A stretch of 64,000 bases of DNA from Anolis carolinensis (lineage: Eukaryota): positions 294,175,749 through 294,239,748 of the forward strand of contig NC_085842.1 of assembly GCF_035594765.1 (NCBI RefSeq), given 5' to 3'. A program made the position numbers and the translations under genes. Shown here piece by piece: positions 43,858 through 56,975 of this stretch. Position 1 is the first letter of the stretch. The number at the start of each line of letters is the position of its first letter. The notes below the pieces were generated by a model, which saw only the letters and a program-made list of their open reading frames with translations, did not search any database and was not told where the DNA came from.

Positions 43858-46242
43858 TAAATTCTGTAAAAGAACTTGTTCCCATTTTCCAAAACAAACA
43901 TTGATGTTTTACAGGGGATGACAACAAAACCTTCAATGAATGAAAGATGAGATTTCGACAGAGAGACAGAGGTACCCTATGCTTTGATGGTGATGGCCAC
44001 TCCTTTGTAAAAATCATCAGTATCCATTATAAACATATGTTGCTGCCAAGGTGGCTTTGGGAAATGTCGGTTTGAGGTTTTGTATAGTCCATATATGTTA
44101 ATGTTTTGAGGAGAGGGGAGACCCTGTGTAAATGCAAAGAAAATTAGCCATCCCATTAAAAACAAAACATGCACATGTGTACATATGCTTTCTGTGCATT
44201 GGGCACATGACCATAGGGATGCCCAAAGAGCTTTCTCAAAATTAAAGAAGTGGTTGAGAATCCTCAAAAGGTAAAAACCCCTGCTGTGTCTACATTCCAA
44301 AATGCTGGCCATTATGCTTTCATCGCTCATTTAATTTTTTTATGTGTTCTCTTCCACAGAGGTACATTGTAGGCCTGACATAGGTCATAGTTACATATTA
44401 ATAGGTGTTTTAGATTACAAGCCAGGTATTGCACAGACAAGACTTTTGTACCAAAGGTGAAGTATCAATTTTGTACGTTCAAAGAACTGGACAACACAAG
44501 ATTGATGGGAGTGATCTGGGGTGTGTCTTTTAAGCAAATGCGTACTACAGGATGCAGGGTAAAACAAAGTAAACCAGAAAAAGAAAAAAACCACAAAGCA
44601 CTTCAAGGTTGCACAAATTCACTTTGGAGTGAAATTAGTTTTGATAAGGACCTTATCCCCTTTCCCAATACCTTTTAATAAATTATCTCCTGCTGACTAT
44701 ACCCGATATTCAATAACATCAAAACTTTTGCTCGAGGGAGGGGGAATTCTAATTACTAAAAAGACATTCAATATAGGACTAATATGAACTCAAGAGGATG
44801 AACTCATGAGGTTCTCTTCTGCAAAAGGAAGTGTTTTATGTATCAGAAGTTCTCACACGTAGAAGGCCAAGGACAGGAGATTTTCTCAGATTTATGTATC
44901 TCTCAACTGGCCCATGATACGATTTTTTATGTACCTCCTGTCCTCTGAAGCACGTGGATGGGCAGCAAAGGGAATCAGGGAGGATCACCTCCATTTTCCA
45001 CCAGTGAACCCACAAGATGAGCATGGTTTCACTATGTGATCCCAGGATCCAAGAATGCGTATTAAAATACTATTCTGGAGTCATTGGATTTATTCTAACA
45101 CCACAGAATGAAATACAGTGCACCTGCACATACACACATACTGCTTGTACTATCTTCAAGTAGTTCTTGAATTGGAATGACCAAAAACAGGAAGAAATAC
45201 AGACAAGTTCAAGAGAAAAAAATAGACACCTAGGACCACCGATCTGCAATATATTATACTTTATAAGGAATTTCATATGGAGGTTCACTTCTTTCTTATC
45301 TTCCTTACTTCAATAGAAATTATTATTTAGAGTAATCTCAGGTGATAAGTACACAAGTTTCCAGTCAAGGCAGCAAAAATATGTTATGGAAAACCACAGC
45401 AGTGAACAGTTCCAGGATGAGAAGCTGTGATGGTTTAACACCAACCACTCTGACCTCAAGATTCCAACTGTCTGGAAACACAGACATATCCAATTCAGTG
45501 CCTAACATTGTGGTGAGACAGCCCTCAGTATGACTTTGAAGGGACACAGGGATTGACATTTACCACAAACTAAGAGCACACATGATAATGGCTAGACAGC
45601 CAGTCATAATGGAAACAAGTGAAAAGGCCTGAGATTAAAATGCAATTGGTTTGAGATATAATTTTCTGTTCCCAATTTTTACCAAACACAACTGAGATCA
45701 TGATACAAAGCCAGGCAGTGATAATGTTTTTGCCAGAATTTCCAATAACGTTTTGCTAGTACCCTGTATCCATCTGTTTCTATTTCCAGTTGATAAAATT
45801 ACATCAAGAAGCTGTTATGTGCTACTAGTACATTTCATGAACTTGGATATAAAAATACTTCTTTAAAAATCCATCCTACTAAAATGGTATATGAAACAAG
45901 ATTTAGGTCCTTGTCTGTTAGATACTGAAATTTTAAACAATGAATTGTTTACAAATGCTTTTTTTCAGCTCATTGATATTAAAACTTCTCAACCCAAATA
46001 TATAAATTGGTCAGTTTTTGATAGAGAGATCAAAGATTTGAGGGTGTCTCTAGAAATGGAGACCAGTACAAGACCCCAGAAGGAGGAGCTTGCGAGAAGC
46101 AGAAAAAGATTTCCCTATTCTCCAATAAAAAGCTCACCAAGTTCTAAGCAAAGGCCAGTTTATTCTGGTCCAGCTGAAACAGGATGATGGTCGCAATAAG
46201 TTGCAAGAAGGACCAGCATGCCATTATACAAGAAAATCCACA

Positions 46243-46415
46243 TTTTATACTTTTTACATTTTGAATTTCCCGCTCCCGCCCACCCGACCGGCTTCGCCCT
46301 GATTGGTCAGGAGAGTCCCTGACGTCAGAGGCTGGGAGGAGTGGTCCGGGGGCTCGCGCGCCTCAGCCAATGGGAGCGCGAGCCCCGCCTGTGACGTCTC
46401 TCCCGGCTAGCCAAT
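46243..46415 (-). promoter_or_regulatory. CpG-rich Pol II promoter cassette (LTR U3-like)
   Basis: TATAAAA at 46249-46243 (minus). CCAAT at 46302-46306 (minus), 46367-46371 and 46411-46415. Perfect CRE TGACGTCA at 46320-46327 and a near-CRE at 46392-46399. GC boxes near 46275 and 46383. Confidence 0.7.
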
Positions 46416-46827
46416 GGGGGAGATGGAGGCGCGGCAGCAGGAGAAACAAAGGCAATCATATGTTGATGAAGGATTAATGAGTGACCCTATACTGGGTCTA
46501 TTGTCAAGTGGTCCGGCGAGAGCCCCAGGGCCCTGCTAGCTGGACCTGTCCTATTGATACAATGATTGGAATAACAAGTCCCTTGAATAAGGGTCTGACA
46601 CCTAGATGTCAGTTCCATTGTCCAAAAGGCATAATCATCAGCAATCTTGATGAGATTATGTGATTCAGAGTTCGGGAAGGGGAAATGGCATTGTCTTGCA
46701 GCTGTGGCATACCTTTGCCTCCCCGCGGAGGAGATATGCCATTCATGTGAACTGATTAGAATGTCCAAAGATTGCTCCATTCTTAAGTGGTCTGTCTTTG
46801 CCCTATGAGGCTTAAGAAAGAGTGTTA

Positions 46828-47150
46828 CAGTAGAGTCTCACTTATCCAAGCCTCGCTTATCCAAGCTTCTGGATAATCCAAGCAATTTTTGTAGTCAATG
46901 TTTTCAATACATCGTGATATTTTGGTGCTAAATTCGTAAACACAGTAATTACAACGTAACATTACTGCGTATTGAACTACTTTTTCTGTCAAATTTGTTG
47001 TATAACATGATGTTTTGGTTCTTAATTTGTAAAATCATAACCTCATTTGATGTTTAATAGGCTTTTCCTTAATCCTTCCTTATAATCCAAGATATTCGCT
47101 TATCCAAGCTTCTGCCGGCCCGTTTAGCTTGGATAAGTGAGACTCTACTG
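46828..47150. mobile_element. Young Tc1/mariner-type MITE (323 bp)
   Basis: Perfect 24-bp TIRs CAGTAGAGTCTCACTTATCCAAGC with TA TSD. Confidence 0.95.
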
Positions 47151-48774
47151 TATTTCCAGAAGATTATCATGACAAGTCCATTGAGTCAGGATATGGCCTG
47201 AGGCAGGCTGGTGGCACCCAGGTCAGGATGGAATGCTGGCCAAAAGTTCATATCAGGGTCACTGTGCTTCATTTTATAAGGGGCAAGATGTCATAAATAA
47301 TAATAATCAATATCAAATTGATAGGAGACACATATGGGACTCACAATGGGGGAGAAAAGGAGATCCAGCATCCCCATTGTGTTGGGAGAAAAATGCAGGT
47401 TTCATCCATGGGGCTTCGATCTCCCCTGTGTTTCCTATGGGGGACAAAGCAAGGGATCCCAGAAGTTCCCCAGCAGCCCAGCAGGCAAAAAGGCTTTTGG
47501 GGTTCCCTTAGAACTGGGAGACGCTGCAAGGGGTACAAAGGGGTTCATGCAGGAGGGGGTAAAGGGGTTCCTGATACCTTGAGAATTCATAGGAAGGCGC
47601 AGAAGGACATTTCAGATCGCTTTGCCCGTGCTCATTCATAAAAAGGCAATTCATTCATAAAAGGGGAGCCAATTCATCTGTCAGGACGGGAATTGGGGCC
47701 ATTGTGGCTAAAAGCAGGATAGCAGTTTAGTTTAGAATGTGTTCCAGAGTGAAATGGAATTGGTCCGGAGTGAATCCATGAAGGTGTGGATACGGGGGCT
47801 TGGTGGGTTTCCATATCCGCGGTTGGAAAAACTGTGTTCGCTTGTTCCTGAGGCGGTCCTGCTGGCTGAGACTGGAAAGGAGTTTATTGTTAGTTTTTGA
47901 GTTGCAAAAAGAGCCTGCAAAAGGAGCTCTTTTGCAGGTTGGAAGTGAAAGCAAAAAGCGGATACAATTTATTACCCTTGTAGCAAAGGACAATGGAGCC
48001 TTGATTGAGAGCGGCTGCCTGTGGTTTTCAGCTACTGTAGCTGCTTTGAAGAGGGGATACAATGTTTCTGTGTGGTTGAAGCTTATCTAGAGTAGAAATT
48101 CTTATGAGCTTGTGTAACTCCTGGCAGTGATCAGCTGTGTGTCAAAGCAATGAGAGTGTGGGGGCTTGTGCACTCAACATCATTTTGATGCCATTAAAGG
48201 AGCACTTCTGGATATTTGTGCATTCAAAAGGCAAAGCGATAGATTTTACTGACCAGGTCCATCAACCAAGTGAAAAAGTTATCAAATTAAAAATGGGACA
48301 TTATAAAGAAATCAAAGTATATACAAAAATGGGACATTATAAATGAGAGGAAATATGCAGTATCCTGGACATTAGTTTGGGGCTGCAGAAATGAGCAAAC
48401 AATACCCATTCCTACCTTCTACTTGAAAGATCAGGATCATGTAACAAAATTGCTTCTGCAAGTTGAAAGGTGAGTTGACTAAAATCCAATTTGTTACTAT
48501 ACCACCGAAACAAGATTGTTGGTTTTCAAAACAAACATTAAGCACAGTTTGCTAGTTCAGATATAATGGCAATCTCTACAGTTTGCCTTATATCAGAGAA
48601 GAAGGGACAGGGTCTATAGGCTGGAGGATTTTGGTCGGTTTGCTCAGAAAATTCCCAATCATTGCTTAAGAGAAACAATTTACTTAAGGACCAAGTGCCC
48701 AAAACAGTAATTTAAACAGAAAGCTAATGCCCTTACTTTCAAGTAGTCTAAGACACATCAAAGCCTTAAAATTC

Positions 48775-48928
48775 ATGCAGTTTGACACCACTTTAACTGC
48801 TATGAGTCAATATTAGGGAATTATGGGTCTTTAGCCTTTCCTGTCAAATAGTGCTGGTGCCTCACCAAACTAGTTTTCGAGATTCCACAACACTGGTCCA
48901 TGACACTTAAAGTGGTGTTGAACAGCAT
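48775..48928. mobile_element. Old palindromic MITE
   Basis: atgcagtttgacaccactttaa ... ttaaagtggtgttgaacagcat imperfect inverted repeats. Confidence 0.6.
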
Positions 48929-51005
48929 TAATCCTACAGTACATCATAATATTTTCTGCAATATACATGGACTAGTATGACATTTATTGTGCAAGAAAAC
49001 AGATTCTCGGTTTGTTCTTCCTATATGAGCCTGCTTGAGCTTTAAGATATTCAGGGGTGGGTTTTCTCTCAGGCCACCATGATCACTGGTAAGGTTTGTG
49101 AGGACTTGAGAGGACTTCCTTCGTGGCTGCTCCCAGGCTATTGAACTCCCTGGCTATGTGAGTCTTCTGCTTTTAAACTGGTTGGGAAAGTGCAATGTGT
49201 ATGCTGCCTTTTAATGTGCATGAGATCTTCAACTAATGGACCCCACCCTGATTTGATAGCTTTCTACATGGACAGAATGTTATATTGAAACACATTTGAC
49301 CATCTGATCTCCCACCTGCAATCTTATACCATGCATTCTAGACAGAGTTATGCCTTCTCAGAGAGGCCATAATGCTATTATCTACCAACTACTGCTTCTC
49401 AGTGAGAAGACAGGGTATGCCCACAGTGACTTTTTAAAAAACCGTTTGGTTTAAATTACTGCAATCCTTTATCACGCCTTTCCTGTTTATATAGTAGGAG
49501 AAGCCTGTCTATACTGATAAGAACTGCGGAAAGCATCAAGAGCCTCCAACATTTCCTTTGTTTCCTCTTCCAGATTCACCATTTGGTTACAAAATTACAG
49601 CAAGTTCCATATAAAACTGCTTTACTTTCTAGGAAATGAAGAAGTACTTATTTGTAATCAACAGATTTCTAACCACAATCAGACTCACATATCAAGTCAG
49701 CTTGCTCTTCCAATGTATATCACATAAATCACCCATGAAAGAAAGTCCAGACCCTTGAAGATATAAGAGATATATAAACAGAGCTCTCTTTCAACAGATG
49801 GGTATTCACTGGACGGTTGACTGGACAGCAGTCACCAAACAAGATGACAGAAAAGCTAGTTCAATTTCCAGTGCAAATTCCCCTACACATTCCCTCTTGG
49901 CAATGCAGACAACATTTAACTACCAAAACCTGCCAGTTTCTCTTGCAGCAAGAGAAACAAATGCCTGAGTATATGTTCGTCTGTAGTAATAATTTGAATG
50001 TAATACAAAAAAGAGATGAGCAAACCTCTTACAAACCAATTCTACCCCCCCCCCCCCCCCCAACAAGCCAAAAAGAGTTCTTAAATGTGCTTCCATTAAA
50101 AGCTACTGGCTTTGGTCGCCAGAATGCTCCCTGCTCCTCATCTCCCTTCCGTCTCTTGTGGACTATACAGCATACATTAGCTATTCATTACATGGGAAGG
50201 AATCGCAGATAAAGCTGCACCCTGCTGAGGAAGACTACTACTTTACATGTCAATTTCAGAATGAGCGCATCTGCTACTGTACTAATATGTATATTTAAAG
50301 CTGCTGCAGATTATATGCTGTTCGTTGTCTGTTTGTTGAGATATTATGAACGTCTAAGAAGCACTGCTCAAAATTATTCCCTTTGAGGCCTCAATTTCCT
50401 GCTATTTTTTGTAAAGACACCCACAATACCACCACCCCTCGAACTGCATATAGACTGTGCCCATTTTAGGAAGGCAGTCAACATAATTTAGATGGGCTAA
50501 CCAAGTTGCAGTCAACAACTGCTTATACACTTTGTTGGTATAACCTTAACAGTTAACAAAATCCATCTACCACATAAGCAAAAAATATTCATAACTTAAA
50601 ATACATGGCAGAGTGAACACAACTATATTACTATAAATCAGGAAACACACATAAGCAATCACCCAGTAAAAGAAATATACATTATCAAACCTATGAAGCC
50701 ATTTATTTTACTACAACATTCTAGAATTAAAACCTTAGCCTTTTAATTCTTGGTTTTACTCCATCAATACAGGATCACACTGTATTGGTAGGAAAATAGA
50801 ATGAGAAGGACCAACTCTCAGAAATCACTGATAAATGGCTGATACTGCTGAACAAAAGCTGTAGATGCACGGGGGGGGGGGGGGGGGGCAATAAAACACA
50901 ACCAATAACACTTCAGGGTTCCAAAACCTCTTAAAACTATTATATGCACTCACTCGTGCCAATTTTCTAGCCTTGCCATTTTTATGCACAACAAATCTAC
51001 AAATA

Positions 51006-51320
51006 CAGCAGAGTCTCATTTATCCAACATAAACGGGCCGGCAGAACGTTGGATAAGCGAAAATGTTGGATAATAAAGAGGGATTAAGGAAAAGCCTATT
51101 AAACATTGAATTACATAAGCACCAAAACATCATGTTTTACAACAAATCAACAGAAAAAGCAGTTCAATACACAGTAACGTTATGTAGTAATTACTGTATT
51201 TACGAATTTAGCACCAAAACATCTCAATTGACTACAAAAACACTGACTACTAAAAGGCAGACTGCGTTGAATAATCCAGAATGTTGGACAAGCAAATGTT
51301 GGATAAGCGAGACTATACTG
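51006..51320. mobile_element. Tc1/mariner-type MITE, opposite orientation to the 46828 copy
   Basis: TIRs CAGCAGAGTCTCATTTATCCAAC / GTTGGATAAGCGAGACTATACTG with TA TSD. Confidence 0.92.
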
Positions 51321-53892
51321 TATTTGAGGACAAGTTTTGAAAGGTGTCTGAAAGAACAAGTGGTCTGATGCCTAATAAAATTAAAATCTAATTCAAGCCC
51401 AGAGCAAAAAAATATTTTGCCATATTACTTATCAGTCTCCTTCAACTTAAGAGATATAGAAAATTCATGTTGTAGGACAGTGTGGTACATGCAGCCCACC
51501 AATTCATGTTTGTTGGCCTGTGCCATTCTTACTGGAAAAATATTTTAATTTAACATTTGGAAAAAAACATTTATCCTTCTTACTGCTTTAAGCTTTTGAA
51601 TACAATATGTAATTCATTTTCTTTCTGGAATGTCTCTGGCCCTCACAGTCCTATACTCAAGTTTGATTGGCCTTCGGGTAACTAAAGGTTGGACTACACT
51701 GTTGTAGGAGATTAATCATAAACCATATCAGTTGTCTCAAGGTACCCAAGATCCTAAAACAGTATGACCTCCTGGCTGCATGTGACCACAACATGCAGCC
51801 CCTTCAAACGTTTAAAAGACTCTTGAAGCCCCCAGATTCTCCCTAAAATAAAAATCCATGCAACCAAGCACCTGGGTATCAGTATCCATTTTCCGCTCCC
51901 ATCCAATTTCATAGAGCATTAATGTCTGACATATGTCACTCCTTGTAGAAATGACCTCATCCATGCACAAACACGTCTGAGATACAAGAGAAAATATCTT
52001 CTGGAGACTGTGGGAATACTGAATGGGAACTATCATCTCCAGTTTCCTTCTACATCAAAGATCATTGCGTACTCTGATAAAAGATGAAGCCTCGGGGAAG
52101 ATAAATAGGAGCACCCAACTGAAAGGTTCATCGAAATGGAGTACACAGGTAGCAGCGTCCCACTTTTTCTCTAATAGAACCTCATGGAATATCACTGATA
52201 TTTGGCAACTGCTCCTTCTGACAGTAATGACCGAATATACATACAGTATACGACATATTAAGGGCAACCACAAGAAAGAAAAAAAGCAAGAGATGATCCA
52301 CTGATGAAGCCAAGGAGGTAACCAACTGGTAATCATAATATAAATTGACCTATTGAACCAATGGGAGTTGCACAACTTGTTGACTTGCAATCTCATGGGT
52401 ACACTCCCATTACAATTATCAACTGAATTTATATTTCAGATCATGTATCCTGCACTGTGAAATAGCACCTAGCCATTGACATGTGTTGCACAATGTTGAT
52501 ATTCTGCATGGAAGTCGCATAATGCTCAGAGAGAGCATTTATGTGTGCATATACTTACACTAAGGGAATGTTGGACAGCATTCACAATGTGGCACTAGAT
52601 GGCAAGAACTGAATCTAATTGATAATAGTACTCAATATATATGCAGAAAGCCTTTACAAAAGATAGAACAATAGTAGCCCCAGACTGTATCAGAAAGTAA
52701 AGGTCAAGGTAAGATAAGGCATTCCAGTCCTAATCTTAAACTATGAGTTTATATTAAATCATGATAGCAAATACAAGGCATTGAAATGGGCAGAAGTAGT
52801 AACTGTGAAGAATTGCTATAGACAGCAATTCTTGATAGCAACTATGGTGCAATGCCAGTCTCAGCTGCATCAACCCTTTCAATGCCACTGTGGGCTCTTT
52901 CTACATCCAGTACCGAACTGGCCATCAGTCAGTCTCACATCAGCTCTTCAATTTCCATAGAGAGCTAATTGAATAGGATTAAAAAGGTACAGATAAAAAT
53001 GTTTTAAACTTATTAAATAGCCACGATTTTCATCTCACAGTAACCTGCTCATGAACTATACCCAGATTTCATGTTTATCAACCACAAATGCTGCCTGTCT
53101 CTTCCTAAAGGGCAATATGCAAGTCTGTTCATCAAACCACAGTGGTTTTAAATACAGCCTTTTATCAACTGCTTGATCTAAACACAGATATATGTGTCGA
53201 GTAACTATCTTTATTCTCACAAAATCACACTTGAGTGTAAACTTCACAGTCATTTGGTTTCTCTGATAGAAATAATCAACTACAATTTTAATAAGCATTA
53301 TTTGCAGTCTGCACAAGATGTGCATTTGTTACAGAAGTCCATTACAACAATACTTCAAGCACATGTAGTATATGTCCTAAAACCAAGGTGCTGAACATCA
53401 CAAAGAGCAATGGAGAATTCTATATACATATTTCTTAATAGCAGAGATTAGCACATCTAGTTACCTAACACTTCACAAAAACAGTTACTGTACACCTTTC
53501 CTCCAGCACCTGCAACCAAAATTCATTTTGTTAAAACTAACACGCATCTACTGAAATAAAATCATTTAACTAGTTTATATTAGCCATCAGTGTGTTGTCC
53601 TTACGCCATGTCAAAATACAAAACAGACATAAAAGGAAATACTAACCTAACCCCAGAAGGAATATATTAAGGTTATGTTTAAAATGTCGCTGCTTAGTAA
53701 GGTAAGCAATTGTGTTTAACTCTATATAATTTCCAAAGATTCGATAATTCCAAGATCAGATTATAAAGGTTGAAACTGGTTTCATAAGGGCTGCCAATAT
53801 AATTCAGGAATACCCAATCTTTTCCTATAGCCAGTCTATTGTTCCACATCCATATCAAATATCAAACAAAACAACAATCAGAATTTTAAGTA

Positions 53893-54196
53893 CAGTAGAG
53901 TCTCGCTTATCCAACGTAAATGGGCCGGCAGAACGTTGGATAAGCGAATATGTTGGATAATAAGGAGAGATTAAGGAAAAGCCTATTAAACATCAAATTA
54001 GGTTATGATTTTACAAATTAATCACCAAAACATCGTGTTATACAACAAATTTGACAGAAAAGTTCAATATGCAGTAATGCTAAGTAGTAATTACTGTATT
54101 TATGAATTTAGTACCAAAATATCACGATGTATTGAAAACACTGACTACAAAAATGTGTTGGATAATCCAGAACGTTGGATAAGCGAGACTCTACTG
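53893..54196. mobile_element. Tc1/mariner-type MITE, same orientation as the 51006 copy
   Basis: TIRs CAGTAGAGTCTCGCTTATCCAACG / CGTTGGATAAGCGAGACTCTACTG with TA TSD. Confidence 0.94.
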
Positions 54197-54266
54197 TATA
54201 GGGATTTATGACCTGCAAGGAACATCACAGCAAGATGGAGACCATACTGGCCCCCAGCCACTAACT

Positions 54267-54826
54267 CAGCGGTTTCCAACCTTTTCTGACCAGGGACCAC
54301 TTTGACCAGGGACCACTCTCCAACATTAGTACCAAAAGCGTTACGAATCAGTTTTTTGTCAGCTTTAGATTTGATTTGGTTATCTGGGTTGCTGATTCAG
54401 AAAATTGCATTGGATAGACCACATAAGCTCTAGTTTCTGATACAGAACATATGCCACCCAGTAGTTACCATCTGCTTGCGCACAGAATACCATATTTAAT
54501 AATCTAGAGCTTATGTGGTCTATCCTATGCAATTTTCCGAATCAGCACCTCAAATAGTTCCAGGAATAGGCCTAAAATTGAAGACACCAAGGCGTCCTCA
54601 TTTCCAGGCGCCACATGGAACGGTTCCGCTCAGGGGGAGAGATGAGAAGTAATGTAATCAGGTAATGATAATGATAATGGTAATCAGGCTCTCCCCTCCT
54701 GACATCCCCGTTGCCTCAGCACTATAAGAGGGTTTTGTGAGACCAGTTGCTCTCATTGCAATGGTGTAGTAACAGTGAGGCCATGAACCATATTAGTTCT
54801 TAGGGACCACAAGTTGGGAACCACTG
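54267..54826. mobile_element. Non-autonomous hAT element
   Basis: TIRs CAGCGGTTTCCAAC / GTTGGGAACCACTG, TSD CACTAACT / AACTGACT, subterminal GGGACCAC repeats. Confidence 0.85.
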
Positions 54827-56429
54827 AACTGACTACAGAGGTTCCTGCTCTGATGTTTGTTTTTCTCTCCATCTTTCCCAACGTTTTCCCTCCACTACAC
54901 TTTGAACCTGCAGGCAAGAATGATCCTGTCAATGTATCTCTTGCACTTTGACCTTAGGTAGGAAGATATGATCTTTCAGATAGTGATAGATTGCAACCCC
55001 TATCACCCTTCATGAGTGGCCACGTGCACTGAGTTGACAGGAGATGTAGTTCAACATCTAGACAGCTGCATATTCCCTATTTATAATTTTTTTGATTATA
55101 AGAGGAAGAGGACATAATGATGACAATGGATAACTGAAAATCAAGAGAAATATTTGCTGCTGGTCTGTATATTCTGTAAGTAGACATTGACCATTATCCA
55201 GTTTTCATAGCACAGGGTTATATCCATCACCTTCCTATTGATATATTTAAATAGGTATATGATGTAACCAATGAGGGACTCATAACCATTTAACAGGCTA
55301 AACAACCAACAAAAATGCCAGAAATAAAGACAGAAAGTTTGTGGAAACTGAGATTTTGTTGTTGGTGCAAAGTGCCTGGATGATCATGCATATGAGCTTG
55401 TTTCAGGCGTTCATAATATATTCTAAGAACTAAAAGGCAAGGAGATCAAACAGTAAAACTGTTCCTGGATTTTATCAGCTCAGATTGCAGGAAAGGTAAC
55501 TGTCTGACTCTATGCCCCAGTCACAACGTACTCAGCAAAGTAAAACTTAGATGGCTTCTATCCCAGGTCATCTTGCTTTCTTCACATAAGGCTATTTTTA
55601 TTCCAACTTGTGAAAAACCATCCTCTTCCAATATGAGTTTCTTTACAGATTATGATCTGTGTAACTTTGTGTTCTTTCTCTATGTTTATGAGCAAAAAAC
55701 ACCTTATTTCACTAACTTGTCCTTTGTAAGTTTTTTTTTAGTTTATGAATGGTGAAATATAATATCAGGACAGCTATTAAATGTCTAACAACAACAAAAC
55801 TGAACAAGAAAAAACAGCCTTCTGCTGAATCAGTAGCTCTAGTTAACATACTGGACACATCTCAGGGTTGTATCATTAATATCAAATGTTGCCAACAATT
55901 TGTTCCTATATCCCTCCCACAGAAATCCATGCAACCCCTTCTTTCTTGCTTGATCAGTTCTTTGGTGGTACATAAGTATTTGGCCGCTGGGCTTTACTAC
56001 TTTGTTGTGATCTTGAAGATGCTGCTCTTCTTTAAGTATTTTATTGAGGAGAAGAAAAAAATCAATAATGCCTTGAGGCAGCACATCAGCACATCCTTTC
56101 AAGAGAGGCTTCTGCTGTGATAAAGAAAGCAAATTGTTCCGTTTCCATCTAGATTTAAAATATACATTTGATTTTGCCACCTACCTGGCCACACACCATC
56201 TGAAGGTGTGAATTTAAGGAGTAGGTTACCTCCTATTTTCCCTCACTTCCCAATTTACCACATTATGACAAACCTATGTACTGAACACCAGAGTCATAAA
56301 CCACAGGAGACATTGGCATAACTGAAATGCTGAAAACAAATAACTTTTCCTTGTCCTAAATACAGTTTTGAAAAGCTTTAACAAAGTTTTGTTTAATATG
56401 ATTAATGCAGTAATATTATTATTGGTGCA

Positions 56430-56975
56430 ATATCCAAAATACTTGAGTCCAGAAGTGTTTTGGATTTTTTTTCCATTTTTGAATATATATTTTTGCATAT
56501 ACGCATATAATGAGGCATCTCACACCTGGATCTCAAGCCTAAACACATAACTCATATAGCCTGTATACAAACAGGCTGAAGGTAATTTTCTAAAAAATTG
56601 TAATGAATTATGTGAATGAAACCAAAGTTGTGTAATAAAACCAACAGAAAACAAAGGATGCTACTACCTCAGTTACCCGTGTGGAAAATTTAAGATTCTG
56701 AAGTAGCATTGGTCTTCCATATCCACAGATTCTGCATTCATGGATTAAGCTATACATGGCTAGAAAATAGTTTTTAAAAATTGAAAAGGCGAACCTTAAT
56801 TTTCTCATTTTAGATAAGGGTCATCACTTTCTGAGACCACTGTATAGAATTGGGTTTGAGGATCCATAGATTTTGGTACCTGTAGGATTAGAGTCCTGGA
56901 ACCAAATCCCAGCAAATACCAAGGGCCTGATATATTTTGGATTTTAAAAATTTGGATAAGGGGTGCTCAGCCTGT
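56430..56975. mobile_element. Tigger-like MITE with a second nested MITE (~56704-56932)
   Basis: tatccaaaatacttgagtccagaagtgttttggattt start and ggataaggggtgctcagcctgTA end. The internal ccatatccacagattc...aaataccaagggcc segment looks like a separate MITE. Confidence 0.55.

Larger units (their letters stand above)
46091..48105 (-). mobile_element. Putative solo LTR / ERV-derived insertion
   Basis: Minus strand shows CCAAT, TATAAAA and AATAAA in LTR order and ends ...TCTCGCA. GAGCT lies on both flanks (46086-46090, 48106-48110) as a candidate TSD. The far end lacks a clean TG, so that boundary is uncertain. Confidence 0.6.

Noticed and set aside
47233-48090. Cluster of 60-111-aa ORFs as retroviral env or accessory genes
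   Set aside because: No recognisable retroviral motifs. They overlap on both strands, consistent with chance.
50871-50888. Poly-G/poly-C runs (also near 13729, 30399, 41527, 50045) as functional G-quadruplexes
   Set aside because: Simple homopolymers that are common in such genomes, with no supporting context.
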